Assembly: GCA_032718475.1 (NCBI GenBank)
Contig: JAUCBJ010004353.1
Span: 42,005 to 106,004 of the forward strand
Source of the DNA: Nemertoderma westbladi
Taxonomy: Eukaryota; Animalia; Xenacoelomorpha
DNA: 64,000 nucleotides
Reading direction: 5' to 3'
The notes beneath the pieces are model-generated. The model was given only the letters and a program-made list of their open reading frames with translations, had not been told where the DNA came from and made no database searches. A program made the position numbers and the translations under genes. This document shows, in pieces, positions 60,700-64,000 of the stretch (positions within the stretch are counted from its first letter, which is position 1; every line of letters begins with the position of its first letter).

Positions 60700-62946
60700 A
60701 TATAGAAACCTTGTCCAACGGGAAATAAAAAAAGCTAAATCTGAATATTTGTACAACAAAATAAGTGAGAATAAAGATAATCCTAAAAGTCAATGGGATA
60801 CCCTAAAATCTTTAGGTTATAAAAACCTTAAAATCTAAATCGAATATTGTTCTGCAAGATAACGGTGAGCTGATTCATACTCTAGTTAGTAATTTATTTA
60901 ATAATTATTTTACTAATGTTGCCTCTAATTTAGTTAAGAAGTTACCGTTATCAAGTAATAATTATAGTATAGGGTCCGAAACTCTAAATAATTTTTATTT
61001 AGAAAAGTTACAAAATTCAGAAAAGTTATTTTTAAAACCCGTTTCTGAGGATTTGGTTTTTCAAAATCTACTTAGCCTATCAGCCTCAAAAAGTACCGGT
61101 CTAGACCTAATACCTGCCCGTTTTCTTAAGGATGGCGCTGAAGTACTTAAAGTGCCTATTACTTTTATTATTAATTACTCTATTGTAGATAATGTAGTAC
61201 CAGACGAACTGAAATTAGCTAAGGTTGTTCCTCTGTATAAAAAGAATAGTAAAGTAGAACCCTGTAATTACAGACCTGTTAGTATCTTAAGTATTGTATC
61301 TAAAATTCTAGAACGTTCTGTTTTTCTACAGCTGGAAGCACATCTTAGTAGGCTAAATCTGATCTATGAACTTCAGTCCGGTTTTCGTAAATCATATTCT
61401 ACAGACACCTGCCTTATTAACTTAACTGATACAATTAGATGTAATAACGCGATTGGTTTATATACTGGTATGGTAATGTTGGGCCGACAAAAGGCTTTCG
61501 ATACTGTAGATCACGAAATTCTGCTTGGTAAGTTAGGCCTGATGGGTATAGGTTCTATAGACTGGTTCAAGTCCTACCTGTCAGACAGAGGTCAAACTGT
61601 AGTCATTAGCAAATCGCAGTCTACTGTACAAGAGATTACCTGTGGTGTACCGCAAGGTAGTATATTAGGTCCTCTGCTTTTTGTATGCTATGTAAATGAT
61701 ATGATAAGTAGTATAGATCCCGATTTTAAACTCATTTTATATGCCGACGACAGTGCTCTTATTTTCTCTCATAAAGATCCTATCCATATTTCCAAAAAGT
61801 TAAGTGCAGTTCTAGAATCCTGTAATGAGTGGTTGGTTGATAATAAGCTATCCATTCACTACGGTAAAACTGAAAGTATTTTGTTTGGTTCCAAAAGAAA
61901 GTTAAAGAAGGTAACTAAGTTTGATGAAGTCACTAGTAATGGACATAAGATTGAAAATAAAAAGGAAGTTAAATATTTAGGCGCCACATTGGATAACTGC
62001 TTATCAGGAGAAAGTACAGTGAAAAACATTTTCTCGAAAGTTAACAGTAGGCTTAGGTTTCTATACATAAATAAAAATAGTTTGAACACCGACTCCCGCA
62101 AGTTACTTTGCTCTTCTTTAATACAGTGTCACATGGACTATGCATGCTCTTCTTGGTATGAAGGCTTAACCAAACAGCTTAAATGTAAAATACAAGTAGC
62201 TCAGAATAAAGTAGTACGATTTATTAAAGACTACAAACCTAGGCACCACCTAACTCCAGATGACTTTTCTGAATCTGGACTACTTAACTTAGATATAGTA
62301 GAGTTAAGCAGCTACGCCTTAACCATGTGCATAAAGTGTATAATGGTAAATGTCCCAATTACCTAAAACAACAATTCAACAGAGTACGTGATACACACTC
62401 TTAAAGTACCAGAGCTAGTGCTTCAAACTTCTACCTCCCGAATTGTAAATCCTTTGAATCTGATACTTTCTTTTTTAACGGCATTAAAAATTGGAACGCT
62501 CTGCCTAATGAAATTAAAAACCTAAATAATCAACATTCTTTTAAATCTGCAGTTAAATCTCACCTCCGTGTGCAATGTAAAATAGGTACAATAGTTCTAC
62601 AGTAAGTTATTAGTTTATTAATTATTTACTATTTATACTGTAATTACGTTTTATAATAAATTGTTCTGTACATTACATATTTATCGTTGAGTCGCGCATT
62701 GTCACGCTCTCGGTAAAAGTTGTACATGTACATAGTGTAATTACGTTTTATATTGGTTTTAGGTTAGCGTAGTGTAATATTGTATTTGTAACCAAGTAAC
62801 ATAAAGGACCCCCTTGGAAATAAGCTGCAAAGCTTTAGGGGTAATCCTATATGTTATGTTGGACAATACCTTTATACCGGTACATTGTTTGGTGTATTTG
62901 TTCTTGTTATTTTATATAATGTATAAATAAATCTATCTATCTATCT
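60700..62946 (+). mobile_element. 5'-truncated CR1-group (Crack/L2-like) LINE; RT ORF 61053-62366
   Basis: NYRPVSIL, QSGFR, KAFDTVDH, GVPQGSILGPLLF, LYADD, KYLG; 3' AATAAA followed by (ATCT)n tail. Confidence 0.88.
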
Positions 62947-62949
62947 AAG

Positions 62950-64000
62950 ACACTACCTATAAAACAGGGTACTTCACACCTGCCGAACTCCAAAGAAGCA
63001 TTAAAAGCATGTCCAATAATAAAGCGAGTGGATTAGATGAAATCCCAGTGGAGGTATGAGGTATGGAAAACCAGAGTGCTAAACAGACCATTATTGAATG
63101 TTTGCAACAGGAAGTTAAAAGGGGAAAAGCCACCACCAATTTGGACTAAAGGTCAACTAAAGCCTTTCCCAAGAAAGGAGACCTCGGCATACCAACAAAC
63201 TATCGTGGGATCTGTCTGCTTATGGTAGCTGCCAAAATATACAATAAAATGATTCTATATAGGATTAGGCCTCACATAGAGAAACTACTGCGTAAGAGCC
63301 AAAACGGATTTCGACCAAGTAGATCAACAATAGCTCAGATACTTGCACTACTGAGACTGATTGAAGGAATTAAGTCAATGAATCTCCCCGCAGTCATGAC
63401 TTTTGTGGACTTCAAGAAGGCATTCGACTCCTATCCATAGAGGTAAAATTCTGGAAATCCTAAGAGCTTATGGAATACCAGAAGTAATTGTTGCTGGCAT
63501 TGGATTGTTATATTGTGACACAGAAGCGCAGGTACTCTCACCAGATGGTGAAACTGAGTTTTTCTCAATCCTGGCTGGCGTACTGCAAGGTGACACATTA
63601 GCACCATTACTATTTGTAATTGTGCCGGGTTACGCAATGAGGACGGCCACAAAGGGTGAAGACCTGGGATTCACACTTCAAGAACGCAGAAGTAGTAGAT
63701 ATCCGGCAACTACAGTCACAGACACCGACTTTGCGGATGACATCGCCCTGCTCTCTAATACGCTAGCAGATGCACAGCTTCTACTAAATAAAGTGGAGAG
63801 GGCTGCTAAGGAGGTTGGATTGCATATAAATGCTACCAAGACCGAATTCATGACCTTTAATGTTGATTGAAACTTGACAACCATTGATAATAATCAACTA
63901 AGGAAGGTCGACGACTTCCAGTACCTTGGATCATGGATAGAGAGTAGCAAAAAGGACATAGAAGTTAGGAAAGCAATGGCTTGGGTAGCTCTATCAAAAA
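62950..64000 (+). mobile_element. RTE-clade LINE RT fragment, frameshifted, runs off window end
   Basis: QNGFRPSRST, FVDFKKAFDS, GVLQGDTLAP, DFADDIAL, GLHINATKTE, YLG. Confidence 0.9.

Overview
Animal (probably invertebrate) repeat-dense region with no recognisable host gene. It is a nest of mobile elements: four Bel/Pao LTR-retrotransposon copies from three families, a Gypsy 3' end, a near-intact two-ORF LINE, truncated CR1-group and RTE LINEs, a split Maverick/adintovirus-type PolB relic, a P-element-like transposase relic, TTAA-flanked non-autonomous DNA transposons and a 2.1-kb foldback. The main result: two divergent Bel/Pao families each carry a large homologous extra ORF 3' of integrase, in the position where env usually lies (8511-11072 open; 29564-33814 disrupted). 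It contains a CxxC..CxxH finger and a DnaQ/DEDDy (WRN/EXD/RNase D-like) 3'-5' exonuclease-like domain, and in the untruncated copy a C-terminal zinc-knuckle array. All family and domain calls come from motif recognition by eye; no database search was run.
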